Below are positions 27,247 through 35,847 of a DNA stretch of 37,882 bases, one piece after another. Location of the stretch: NCBI GenBank assembly GCA_039808825.1, contig JBDHTV010000001.1:1-37882 (forward strand), read 5' to 3'. Within the stretch, counting starts at the first letter, position 1, and each line of letters opens with the position of its first letter. Under the pieces are notes generated by a model. It worked only from the letters and a program-made list of their open reading frames with translations. It was not told where the DNA came from and made no database searches. The stretch is from Bdellovibrionales bacterium. GTDB taxonomy: Bacteria > Pseudomonadota > Alphaproteobacteria > UBA9219 > RFNS01. Both the position numbers and the translations under genes were made by a program.

Positions 27247-28611
27247 ATGCGTTTACTGATTGTCGGCCATCTTGAGGGCTATATTACCGAAGCGGGGCGC
27301 ATTGCCGTCAGCCGTGGCGCGAAAGTGTCGCATATCGACGATATCGACCCGGCGCTCAATGCATTGCGCAGCGGCCAGGGAGCCGATTTGGTCATGTGCG
27401 ACATCAAGCTTGATATCGCCAAATTCATCGAAAATCTGAAGGCCGAACGCATCAATGTGCCGGTCGTGGCCTGCGGCATCGGCACCGACGCCAACGCCGC
27501 CGTGCGCGCCATTCGCGCCGGCGCCAAGGAATATGTGCCGCTGCCGCCGGATGCCGACCTCATCGCCGCCGTGCTCGAGGCCGTGACCGAGGAGAGCAAT
27601 ACCGTCGTCGCGCGCGATCCCGCCATGCGCGCCGTACTCGACATGGCCGACCGCATCGCGCCGAGCGACGCCTCCGTGCTCATCACCGGCGAGAGCGGCA
27701 CGGGCAAGGAAGTGGTGGCCCGCTATATTCACCGCAAGAGCCGCCGCGCGACACAGAATTTCGTTTCGGTCAATTGCGCCGCCATACCGGAAAATCTGCT
27801 GGAATCCGAGTTGTTCGGCCATGAGAAAGGCGCTTTCACCGGCGCCATCGCGCGGCGCGTCGGCAAGTTTGAGGAAGCGCATGGCGGCACGCTGCTGCTC
27901 GATGAAATCAGCGAGATGGATTTGCGCCTGCAAGCCAAGCTGCTGCGCGCGATTCAGGAGCGCGAAATCGACCGCGTCGGCGGCACGCAGCCGGTCAAGG
28001 TCGATATCCGCCTGCTCGCCACCTCGAACCGCAACCTGGAGGACGAGGTCAAGGCCAAGCGTTTCCGCGAGGATCTTTATTTCCGGCTCAATGTCGTGAA
28101 TCTCAAGCTGCCCTCGCTGCGCGAGCGTCCAGCCGATATCGCCTCGCTCGCCACGCATTTTGCCGATAAATACGCGATGGCGAACGGCATGGCCCCCAAG
28201 ACGCTGACGCCGGAGACCGTGGCCGCGCTCACCGCGCACCACTGGCGCGGTAATGTCCGCGAATTGGAGAACACCATGCATCGCGCCATCCTGCTGGCGC
28301 GCGGCAACACGATCACGCCGGACGCCGTCATGCTTCCCGGCCAGAGCTTCGCGCCGGAAGGGCTGCAAAGCAGCACGCAAGCCGCTGTGGGCGCGGCGCC
28401 GGGCAGCCAACTCGTCGGCCGCACCGTCGCCGATGTCGAGCGCGATCTGATCATCGATACGCTGCAGCACACGCTCGGCAACCGGACGCATGCCGCGAAT
28501 ATTCTCGGCATCTCGATCCGTACCCTGCGCAACAAGCTCAAGCAGTATTCGGAAGAGGGCGTGACCGTGCCTGCCGCTGCCGCGGGCGAAGCTGAACAGG
28601 CCGCTTCATGA
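27247..28611 (+). CDS. flbD: Sigma-54-dependent flagellar transcriptional regulator FlbD
   Basis: Receiver-like N-terminus very similar, as far as I remember it, to Caulobacter FlbD (MRLL.VG...G.....GAKVSH.......NALR.GQGADL.M.D...D; VPVVACG; AGAKE.IPLPPDA.LIAAVL). AAA+ domain with Walker A GESGTGKE and GAFTGA. C-terminal Fis-type HTH. Confidence 0.9.
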   Translation: MRLLIVGHLEGYITEAGRIAVSRGAKVSHIDDIDPALNALRSGQGADLVMCDIKLDIAKFIENLKAERINVPVVACGIGTDANAAVRAIRAGAKEYVPLPPDADLIAAVLEAVTEESNTVVARDPAMRAVLDMADRIAPSDASVLITGESGTGKEVVARYIHRKSRRATQNFVSVNCAAIPENLLESELFGHEKGAFTGAIARRVGKFEEAHGGTLLLDEISEMDLRLQAKLLRAIQEREIDRVGGTQPVKVDIRLLATSNRNLEDEVKAKRFREDLYFRLNVVNLKLPSLRERPADIASLATHFADKYAMANGMAPKTLTPETVAALTAHHWRGNVRELENTMHRAILLARGNTITPDAVMLPGQSFAPEGLQSSTQAAVGAAPGSQLVGRTVADVERDLIIDTLQHTLGNRTHAANILGISIRTLRNKLKQYSEEGVTVPAAAAGEAEQAAS

Positions 28612-30728
28612 GCGAAGCGACGGGCACCAGTCTCGTCGCCCGACCGCCCGGCGCACCTGGCGGCAACGCGACGGAACAGAGCATCTGGCGGCGCGGCGAA
28701 GTCTGGCTCGCGCTCGGCTTGATGACCATCCTGTGCGCGCTGGTCGTGCCGCTGCCGCCGCTGTTCGTCGATATGGGTCTGGCAATTTCGATCACGCTTG
28801 CGGTCGTGATTCTGATGACCGTGCTGTTCATCACCCGCCCGCTTGATTTCAGCTCCTTCCCCACCGTGCTACTGATCGCGACGCTGTTACGCCTCTCGCT
28901 CAATCTCGGCACCTCGCGCCTCATCCTGGCGCACGGCAATGAGGGTGAGGAAGCGGCGGGCCAGGTGGTGCGCGCCTTCGCCAGCTTCGTGATGGGCGGC
29001 GATTTTATCATCGGCGTCATTGTTTTCGCCATCATCACCGTCGTCAATTTCGTCGTCATCACCAAAGGTTCGGGCCGTATCGCGGAAGTCGCGGCGCGCT
29101 TCACCCTCGACGCCATGCCCGGCAAGCAGATGGCGATCGACGCCGACCTCTCCTCCGGCCTCATCGACGAAGCGGAAGCGCGCCGCCGCCGCAAGGAGCT
29201 GGAGGACGAAAGCAGCTTCTTCGGCGCGATGGACGGTGCTGCAAAATTCGTGCGCGGCGACGCCGTTGCCGGACTCATCATCACTTTCATCAACGTCATC
29301 GGCGGCATCGCCATCGGTACCATCCGTCACGGCATGAAAGTGATGGACGCCTCCGACAGCTATGTCCGGCTGACGGTCGGCGACGGGCTGGTCACGCAAA
29401 TTCCCGCCCTGCTCGTCTCGGTCGCCGCTGGTATGCTGGTGTCGAAGGCGGGGCAGACCGGTTCGACCGACAAGGCCCTTTTCACCCAGCTTGGCGGCTA
29501 TCCGACCGCGCTGGGCCTCACGTCGGCGATGCTGACCACGCTCGCCGTCATTCCCGGCATGCCGATGCTGCCTTTCATGATGCTGGGCGGCGTCTCCGGC
29601 TATATGGCATGGTTCATCTCCGGCAAACAGAAAACCCTGCGCCTGCAGGCGGCGGAGGCGGAAGCGGCGCGCGCCCAGGCCGTGCCGGTCGCGGAGGAAC
29701 CGATTACCAAATCGCTCGCCATCGATACCGTGCGGCTCGAGCTCGGTTATTCGTTGCTTGCGCTCATCAACAGCGATCAGGGTCATAAGCTGACCGAGCA
29801 GATCAAGGGCCTGCGCAAGCAGCTCGCGACCGATATGGGCTTCATCCTGCCCGCCGTTCGGATTCAGGATAACCTGCAACTGCCGCCCAATACCTATGTC
29901 ATCCGCTTCAAGGAGATCGAGGCCGGACGCGGCGAGTTGCGTCCCGGCATGATGCTGGTCATGGACCCGCGCGGCGAACCGATCGCGCTGCCCGGCGAAC
30001 CGACCACTGAACCGGCCTTCGGTCTGCCCGCGATGTGGATCGATCAGACCTATCGCGAAGAGGCGCTGTTCAAGGGCTATTCCGTCGTCGACCCGCCGAC
30101 CGTCATCACCACGCACCTGACCGAGCTGGTGAAGGACAACATGGCGGAAATGATGTCCTATGCCGAGACGCAGAAGCTGCTCGACGAGCTCGGCAAGGAA
30201 CAGCAGAAGCTGATCGGCGACATCATCCCGAGCCAGATCACCATCGCCGGGCTGCAGCGCGTGCTGCAGAGCCTGCTCAGCGAACGCATCTCCATCCGCG
30301 ACTTGCCCACCATTCTGGAAGGTGTTGCGGAAGGCGCCAACAGCTCGCGCAACCTGACGCTGATCGCCGAACATGTCCGGATGCGGCTCGCGCGGCAAAT
30401 CTCCGACCAATATACCAACGATATGGGCTATATCCCGCTGCTCACGCTCTCGCCGGAATGGGAGCGCGAATATAGCGAGGCGCTGGTCGGCCAGGGCGAC
30501 GAGCGGCAACTGGCGCTGGCGCCCAGCAAATTGCAGCAATTCATCCGCGGCGTGCGCGAAGCCTATGACCGCCATGCCCAGATGGGCGACCACCCGGTGC
30601 TGCTCACCAGCCCCGGCATCCGCCCTTATGTCCGCTCCATTATCGAGCGCTTCCGCCCGAGCACGGTCGTGATGTCGCAGAACGAGATTCACCCCAAGGC
30701 CAAGATCAAGACGCTGGGGCAGATATGA
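28608..30728 (+). CDS. flhA: Flagellar export apparatus protein FlhA
   Basis: 706 aa. FHIPEP-family motifs (FPTVLLIATLLRL.LN..STRLIL, ARFTLDAMPGKQMAIDADL) and a C-terminal cytoplasmic domain. ATGA overlap with flbD. Confidence 0.95.
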   Translation: MSEATGTSLVARPPGAPGGNATEQSIWRRGEVWLALGLMTILCALVVPLPPLFVDMGLAISITLAVVILMTVLFITRPLDFSSFPTVLLIATLLRLSLNLGTSRLILAHGNEGEEAAGQVVRAFASFVMGGDFIIGVIVFAIITVVNFVVITKGSGRIAEVAARFTLDAMPGKQMAIDADLSSGLIDEAEARRRRKELEDESSFFGAMDGAAKFVRGDAVAGLIITFINVIGGIAIGTIRHGMKVMDASDSYVRLTVGDGLVTQIPALLVSVAAGMLVSKAGQTGSTDKALFTQLGGYPTALGLTSAMLTTLAVIPGMPMLPFMMLGGVSGYMAWFISGKQKTLRLQAAEAEAARAQAVPVAEEPITKSLAIDTVRLELGYSLLALINSDQGHKLTEQIKGLRKQLATDMGFILPAVRIQDNLQLPPNTYVIRFKEIEAGRGELRPGMMLVMDPRGEPIALPGEPTTEPAFGLPAMWIDQTYREEALFKGYSVVDPPTVITTHLTELVKDNMAEMMSYAETQKLLDELGKEQQKLIGDIIPSQITIAGLQRVLQSLLSERISIRDLPTILEGVAEGANSSRNLTLIAEHVRMRLARQISDQYTNDMGYIPLLTLSPEWEREYSEALVGQGDERQLALAPSKLQQFIRGVREAYDRHAQMGDHPVLLTSPGIRPYVRSIIERFRPSTVVMSQNEIHPKAKIKTLGQI

Positions 30729-30740
30729 CAGGTTTGAACC

Positions 30741-31733
30741 ATGCGGCTTAAATCCTTCCACGGCCAGACGATGACCGAGGCGATGCGTCTGGTGCGCGAG
30801 GCGCTCGGCGAGGACGCCATCATCGTTGCCACCCGCGACGACGAGATGGGCGGTGTACGCGTGACCGCCGCGATGGACGATGCACCGCCCCCGCCGCCCA
30901 CCGCACCGTCGCCCGACGAAGACATCATCACCCAGATCGCCGACGCGCTGCATTATCACGGCATTTGCGCCGCCCTGTCGGAAAAGCTGCTCGCCACCGC
31001 GACGCATTTCGCCGAGGACGATGCCGTCATCGCGCTCGCCGCCGGGTTTGACGCGCATATGCCGTTCAAGCCGGTCGGCTTCGACAGTCCCGCCGGTCAG
31101 GCGCCGCGACCTATCGTCCTGGTCGGTCCGCCGGGCGCGGGCAAGACGCTGACCGTGGCCAAGCTCGCCACGATGGCGCGGCTGCAGAAGAAGCCGGTGA
31201 CCGTTATCACCACCGACCTGGTGCGCGCGGGCGGCGTGGACCAGATCGCGGCCTTTACCCGTCTGCTGCAGATTCCGCTGCTCGAAATCGAGGAGCCGGA
31301 AGCCGTCGGCGACACGATGACGGAGCTGGCCCCGAAAGGGCTCGTCGTCGTCGACACCTCCGGGCGCAACCCCTATAACGAGCCGGACCGCAAGGAGCTG
31401 CAGCGCATGATCGGCCGCCTGCCCTGTACGCTCGCGCTCGTCATGGCCTGCGGCCAGGATACGGCAGAGGGCACGGAAATGGCGCGCGCCTTCAGCAGCC
31501 TCGGCGCGGACCGCATGATTTTGACGCGCGCCGATCTCACGCGCCGCTTCGGCTCCATGCTCAATATCGCGTTCGAGAGCGGTCTCGCGCTCGCCACATT
31601 GAGCCAGTCCGCCAATGTCGCGGTGCCGCTGCAGCCGCTGAACCCGATCACGCTCGCGCGCTGCGTCATGACGCCCGGCGCGCTGCTGCAACCGCAAACC
31701 AGCCGTCCGGCCCAGACCGGCACCCATGCTTAA
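30741..31733 (+). CDS. flhF: Flagellar biosynthesis SRP-type GTPase FlhF
   Basis: FlhF-type N-terminus (MRLKSF.G.TM.EAM..VR..LG.DAII), G1 GPPGAGKT, G3 DTSGRN, and a divergent G4 (TRAD instead of TKLD). Confidence 0.85.
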   Translation: MRLKSFHGQTMTEAMRLVREALGEDAIIVATRDDEMGGVRVTAAMDDAPPPPPTAPSPDEDIITQIADALHYHGICAALSEKLLATATHFAEDDAVIALAAGFDAHMPFKPVGFDSPAGQAPRPIVLVGPPGAGKTLTVAKLATMARLQKKPVTVITTDLVRAGGVDQIAAFTRLLQIPLLEIEEPEAVGDTMTELAPKGLVVVDTSGRNPYNEPDRKELQRMIGRLPCTLALVMACGQDTAEGTEMARAFSSLGADRMILTRADLTRRFGSMLNIAFESGLALATLSQSANVAVPLQPLNPITLARCVMTPGALLQPQTSRPAQTGTHA

Positions 31734-31750
31734 AAGGTAATGAGGATATA

Positions 31751-32554
31751 ATGACCGAACCCACGCCCTTTCCTGCCGCCGCAGCCGCCACACCGGCCCC
31801 GGCCTTGCGCGTGCCGAACCTTTATGCCGTGGCGAGCGGCAAAGGTGGCGTCGGCAAAACCTGGTTTTCCGTCACGCTCTGCCACACGCTCGCGGCGCGC
31901 AATAAACGCGTGTTGTTGTTCGACGGCGATCTTGGCCTCGCCAACATCGATATCCAGCTCGGGCTGACGCCGGAGAAAGACCTCGGCGCGGTCATGGACG
32001 GCAGCGTAACGCTCGCCGGCGCGGTGACGCGCTACGCCGAAGGCAAGTTTGATATTCTGGCCGGGCGATCCGGCTCCGGCAATCTCGCGACCCTGCCGAC
32101 GCAAAAACTGAGCGGCCTGCGCAACGACCTGATCGCGCTCGCAGCGCGCTATGATCATGTTGTTATCGATCTCGGCGCCGGGGTGGACCGTGCCACGCGC
32201 CATATGGCAGGGCCCGCCGCCGTCAGCTTCGTCGTCGTGACCGACGAGCCGACCTCGCTCACCGACGCCTATGCCTTCATCAAGCTGGCGCGCAGCGCCG
32301 ATCCGGAATCCGATCTGCGCGTCGTCGTCAATATGGCGAGCAATGCCAATGAAGGCATGCGCACCTATGAAACGATCCGCAAGGCTTGCGAGACCTTCCT
32401 GCGCTACACGCCGCAGCTCGCGGGCATCATCCGCCGCGACAGCAAGGTGCGGGAGGCTATCCGGGCCCAAACGCCGGTACTGATCCGCTCGCCGGAATCC
32501 GAGGCTGCCGCCGATGTCGCCGCGCTGGCCGATAAAACCTTCGGGCGCGGCTAA
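31751..32554 (+). CDS. flhG: MinD/ParA-family ATPase FlhG (FleN/MotR-like)
   Basis: Deviant Walker A SGKGGVGKT, LLFDGDLGLAN, VVIDLGAG. Located immediately downstream of flhF. GAGGA SD. Confidence 0.8.
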   Translation: MTEPTPFPAAAAATPAPALRVPNLYAVASGKGGVGKTWFSVTLCHTLAARNKRVLLFDGDLGLANIDIQLGLTPEKDLGAVMDGSVTLAGAVTRYAEGKFDILAGRSGSGNLATLPTQKLSGLRNDLIALAARYDHVVIDLGAGVDRATRHMAGPAAVSFVVVTDEPTSLTDAYAFIKLARSADPESDLRVVVNMASNANEGMRTYETIRKACETFLRYTPQLAGIIRRDSKVREAIRAQTPVLIRSPESEAAADVAALADKTFGRG

Positions 32555-32557
32555 CCC

Positions 32558-34237
32558 ATGTCGGGGATCACGCCAACACCGCCCACGACCGGCATGTTGG
32601 TGAATGAAACCCCCTTGCCGCCTATCGCTGTCGGCACACCCACGGCACTGCCTGCCGCGCTGCCCGTGCAGGTCATCGCCCTGCCTGCCGCGCTACCACC
32701 GCCAGCCCAGACGCCCGTGACCATCGACGGCATGTTGCAGCTCTTGCTCAACGGCAAAGCGACCTTCACGACCGACGCCGGCGACGTCACGCTCAATCTG
32801 CCGCAGTTGCCGGGCAATCCGGCACTGTTTCAGGCGATCAAGAATTTCGTCGCCGATGGTACGCCGTTGCAGCTCAAGCTGCAGCCGAATGTGAACGGCG
32901 TACTCGACGCGCAGTTGCTGTTTCCAGTCAATCATGTCGCGCAAACGGCAGTCCAGACGACCAGCGTCAACCTGACCAGCTTTATCGGCCAGACACTGCA
33001 GGCGATTTTGCTGCCGCCCGCTGCCAAACAACCAAGCGGCGGCAATGCACCTGGCAGCTCCGCCAAAAGCGGGCCCGGACAGGCGCAAGGCGGCGCAAAC
33101 AGCAGCCAGCCAGCCAGCCCACCGATAACGCCACAAGCCGCGACCGCCAGCCAGCGCCCCACGCCGCAACAGCCGGGCGGCAATCGGCTGGAGCAAATCA
33201 TCCGCAGCATGTTGCCTGCCGCGCCGACCGTTACCGCTGCCGCAGCACAGCCACCGGCACAGTCCGCTGCTGCTGCCACCGGCCCGTTGCCGGTCAATCT
33301 GCAAGCCTCGAGCGCGCTGACCAACGGCGCGCCGGTGCTGAACCTCAAGCTGCAGCAGATTATCCCGCCGGGCCAGCCGCTGCCGCAGCTTCAGCCAGAC
33401 GAAGTGTTGCTCACGGTGCCGGACCAGGCCGAGCGCAGCGCGCTGCCGCTCGTGACGAGTGGCAACAGCAGCCTGCTGCTCAAAACCGCCGCGCCTTTGC
33501 TGCCGGGCAGTACGTTACTCGTCAAGCTATTGCCTGGCGCAACACCAGGCACGTTGGAATTGCATGAGCCTAAAACCTGGCCGGCATTGCAGGAACTGCT
33601 GAACAACATGGCCACCAGCCAAGCCCCCGCTCTGCAACGTTTCCAGCAACTGCGTTTGCCGCAGGGGAACGCCGCCCTACCCGGCGCACTGCTCTTCGTT
33701 CTTTCCGCGCTGCAATCCGGTGACAGCGCCCCTTGGCTCGGCCATAGCGGCGTCAGCACCATTGAACAGAACCAGAAGACATTGCTTGATGCGTTGCAGC
33801 AGGAATTCCGCCACGCGGTTAGCACGACCAGCGACCCGGTGGTCGGCGAATGGCGCAGCTATCAGCTGCCGGTACTGGACCAGAACCAGCTCCAGCCGCT
33901 GCATATCTATGTGCATCATAATCTGCGCCACCAGCCAAACGGCGGCGACGGCCAGACGCAAGAGGCGCAAACGCCGGTCAAACAGACGCGCTTTATCATC
34001 GACGTCACCTTTACCCGGCTCGGCAAGATGCAGTTTGACGGCTTCGTGCAGGCCAAACAGTTCGATCTCGTCATGCGCAGCGAACAGCCAATTGCGCCGG
34101 AGCTGCGCGACGAGCTACGCGCCGCTTTTGCGGACGCCGTAACGGCCAGCGGCTATCAGGGCCAGATGCTGTTCCAGACCGGCAACCATAACTGGCTTTA
34201 TCTTGCCCCCAATCTGCATGATAACCGCCGGATTTAA
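32558..34237 (+). CDS. Pro/Gln/Ala-rich protein with a FliK-like C-terminal domain (candidate hook-length control protein)
   Basis: 559 aa, low-complexity N-terminal two thirds. The C-terminal segment FIIDVTFTRLGKMQFDGFVQAKQFDLVMRSEQPIAPELRDELRAAFADAVTASGYQG has the L-G-x-hydrophobic ... L...L..L...G layout of the Flg_hook domain. The start is 3 nt after the flhG stop. Confidence 0.5.
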   Translation: MSGITPTPPTTGMLVNETPLPPIAVGTPTALPAALPVQVIALPAALPPPAQTPVTIDGMLQLLLNGKATFTTDAGDVTLNLPQLPGNPALFQAIKNFVADGTPLQLKLQPNVNGVLDAQLLFPVNHVAQTAVQTTSVNLTSFIGQTLQAILLPPAAKQPSGGNAPGSSAKSGPGQAQGGANSSQPASPPITPQAATASQRPTPQQPGGNRLEQIIRSMLPAAPTVTAAAAQPPAQSAAAATGPLPVNLQASSALTNGAPVLNLKLQQIIPPGQPLPQLQPDEVLLTVPDQAERSALPLVTSGNSSLLLKTAAPLLPGSTLLVKLLPGATPGTLELHEPKTWPALQELLNNMATSQAPALQRFQQLRLPQGNAALPGALLFVLSALQSGDSAPWLGHSGVSTIEQNQKTLLDALQQEFRHAVSTTSDPVVGEWRSYQLPVLDQNQLQPLHIYVHHNLRHQPNGGDGQTQEAQTPVKQTRFIIDVTFTRLGKMQFDGFVQAKQFDLVMRSEQPIAPELRDELRAAFADAVTASGYQGQMLFQTGNHNWLYLAPNLHDNRRI

Positions 34238-34275
34238 CGGAGATTTTTGCCGTTCTCGCCGGATAAAAATTGCGC

Positions 34276-34304
34276 TTGACCTGCGGCAGAACTGCGGGCA
34301 CATT
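34276..34304 (+). promoter_or_regulatory. Candidate sigma-70-type promoter for tRNA-Gly (TTGACC-17 nt-CACATT)
   Basis: The -35 hexamer is a 5/6 match to consensus, the spacer is 17 nt, and the -10 is poor (3/6). It lies about 40 nt upstream of the tRNA 5' end. Confidence 0.25.
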
Positions 34305-34345
34305 GCGCGCCTTACGGGGGCACTGCCCGCGTATGAATTTGCCGA

Positions 34346-34420
34346 GCGGGCGTAGCTCAGGGGTAGAGCATAACCTTGCCAAGGTTAGGGCCGAGGGTTC
34401 GAATCCCTTCGCCCGCTCCA
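34346..34420 (+). tRNA. tRNA-Gly (anticodon GCC)
   Basis: Hand-folded cloverleaf. Acceptor GCGGGCG/CGCCCGC, D-arm GCTC-AGGGGTA-GAGC, anticodon stem TAACC/GGTTA with loop TTGCCAA, T-arm GAGGG-TTCGAAT-CCCTT, discriminator T and encoded CCA. 75 nt. Confidence 0.93.
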
Positions 34421-34430
34421 AAAAACAAAA

Positions 34431-34460
34431 CAGCGGGCTTCGGCCCGCTGTTTTGTTTTT
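34431..34460 (+). terminator. Rho-independent terminator after tRNA-Gly (extended palindrome, potentially bidirectional)
   Basis: CAGCGGGC-TTCG-GCCCGCTG stem-loop followed by TTTTGTTTTT and preceded by AAAAACAAAA, so the stem can extend in either orientation. Confidence 0.75.
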
Positions 34461-34498
34461 GGACTCATGCAAACGCCCCCACTCGGTTAGGAGCATCC

Positions 34499-34870
34499 AT
34501 GTTCCTCCTCAAATATTTCCGCGGGCTTTTTGCCAAGCCTTCCCTCGCCATTCAGCCTATGCAGCAAACAACCTGCCTCACTGACATTATGGCCGCTTGG
34601 CCTATTCTTAAAACAGGCACCTGGCATTATGGCAACGGTACGGACATAGCGGTTCGTATAGTGGAGAGCCCTCTTTACTCAGGCTCGGGCGATTATGAAG
34701 ATCCGCCAGAAATCAGCGATGATCGCGACGAAATATGTTACTGCATCGGCTATGAAGCATCGGGCTGCCCGGCCAAGTTTATTTACTGGCTAAACATTCC
34801 AACACTTGCCGAAGCAATCAGTCTTACGGAAGAAAAATTCCCGGGCATTCGGTGGGACGCCGTGAGCTGA
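34499..34870 (+). CDS. Hypothetical protein (123 aa), orphan ORF downstream of tRNA-Gly
   Basis: The ATG at 34499 has an AGGAG SD 6 nt upstream. The ORF-track start at 34376 would run through the tRNA and terminator, so I rejected it. G+C is lower than the surroundings. No family recognised. Confidence 0.45.
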   Translation: MFLLKYFRGLFAKPSLAIQPMQQTTCLTDIMAAWPILKTGTWHYGNGTDIAVRIVESPLYSGSGDYEDPPEISDDRDEICYCIGYEASGCPAKFIYWLNIPTLAEAISLTEEKFPGIRWDAVS

Positions 34871-34914
34871 AGCATCAGGCCGCGTCATTACAAACGTGTT
34901 CGCTTTTTGGCCCA

Positions 34915-35754
34915 TCACCCCACCAGCCGTTCGCCGCTTGCGACAAGCTCAGCGATAAAAGCATCGTCTTTCAGATATTGTTGCAGATGCGACCGCATCT
35001 GTTCCGCACCCACTCGTTCGCGCAGGCGCTGATACCAGACCCGGAACACCGGGAATTTGCGCACATTGTGATAGTGGAACAAAATCTCGGCATAAGGCCG
35101 CCAGGTGACATAGAGATCGTCAAGCTGCGGACAGATCGCGATCATCTCATCGTCATCGGTATGGCGCCAACAATTGAACATGCCGTGAAAGCCGAAAGTC
35201 GGGCGATCCGGCGTGTGCCGCTCATAGGCGAACTGGTCGGCAACCGCCTCCGGCGCAAATTTGATGCCGTGATATTGCTCCAGCGGCTCGCGCACCGTGT
35301 GGCAGAAATAGACATCGTCGAAAAACGCACCCGCCTCCGGTAGCGGCATCTCCGCCATGATATCGAGCAACTTTTTGGAGCGCAGGCAAAAACCGCTATT
35401 GCCGACGCGCCGTCCTTCGATATGCCACGGCCATTTCGCGCCGATGAAATCATAGTCGTAGAACTTGTCCGTCCATGCGCCCGTATCGACGATATAGCCG
35501 TCATATTGGACGAGCAGGTTGAAGGCGGAGTTGGTGTGTCTGGTCAGGTTGCGGCAAACCAACGGCGCGTAATCGATACCGCGGAAGGGCGGCACGACCT
35601 CGACCCGGAACGGCGCGTCAACCGCCTGACCAGCGATCATCACCACATCGGCGAAGTCGCACTGTTCCATGCACAGCTTGACCGCCCGCACGGTCAGCTC
35701 ATAATTAATGGAAGTGACGGCGCAGAGCGTGACATCGGGCAGTTGCAGGCGCAT
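34915..35754 (-). CDS. DUF5672-like protein (putative glycosyltransferase-fold enzyme)
   Basis: 279 aa. YDFIGAKWPW....RVGNSGFCLRSKKLL resembles the DUF5672 signature (IGAPW ... GNGGFSLR) as I remember it. Confidence 0.6.
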   Translation of the reverse strand: MRLQLPDVTLCAVTSINYELTVRAVKLCMEQCDFADVVMIAGQAVDAPFRVEVVPPFRGIDYAPLVCRNLTRHTNSAFNLLVQYDGYIVDTGAWTDKFYDYDFIGAKWPWHIEGRRVGNSGFCLRSKKLLDIMAEMPLPEAGAFFDDVYFCHTVREPLEQYHGIKFAPEAVADQFAYERHTPDRPTFGFHGMFNCWRHTDDDEMIAICPQLDDLYVTWRPYAEILFHYHNVRKFPVFRVWYQRLRERVGAEQMRSHLQQYLKDDAFIAELVASGERLVG

Positions 35755-35847
35755 GACGACCTTGTCGGCAGAGTTTTTGACAAAAGCCTGTCGCGCACGG
35801 CAGAATCGGCTATCCTCGCCACAGGAAAAGTCAGACTGCGCCGCTTT

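Noticed and set aside
1109-28491. Other long antisense or overlapping ORFs in the track (for example 1109-1924, 2057-2794, 4071-4946, 5728-6999, 11977-12723, 12870-13706, 14040-14966, 16819-17811, 22084-23127, 26177-27199, 27253-28491)
   Set aside because: Each lies opposite to, or out of frame within, a gene with clear family motifs, and shows the R/A/G/P-rich composition expected from GC-rich non-coding frames. None has its own RBS or recognisable domain.
28887-31793. 968-aa ORF on the minus strand spanning flhA and flhF
   Set aside because: It is antisense to two strongly recognisable conserved genes. The translation is an Arg/Ala/Gly/Asp-rich low-information sequence with no motifs. This is a typical shadow ORF in high-GC DNA, where stop codons are rare in the complementary frame.
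34376-34498. N-terminal extension of ORF 34376-34870
   Set aside because: It would be translated through the tRNA-Gly gene and its terminator hairpin. The internal ATG at 34499 has a good AGGAG SD, so the CDS was trimmed.
34421-34914. tRNA-Gly-linked integrated element
   Set aside because: No integrase is present and I found no copy of the tRNA 3' end (GGTTCGAATCCCTTCGCCCGCTCCA) downstream within the window. I kept it only as a low-interest observation, not as a mobile-element call.
35422-35847. N-terminal 142 codons of ORF 35422-37638
   Set aside because: This part is antisense to the DUF5672-like gene and has no TPR character. The TPR protein begins naturally at the ATG at 35848 in the divergent intergenic region.
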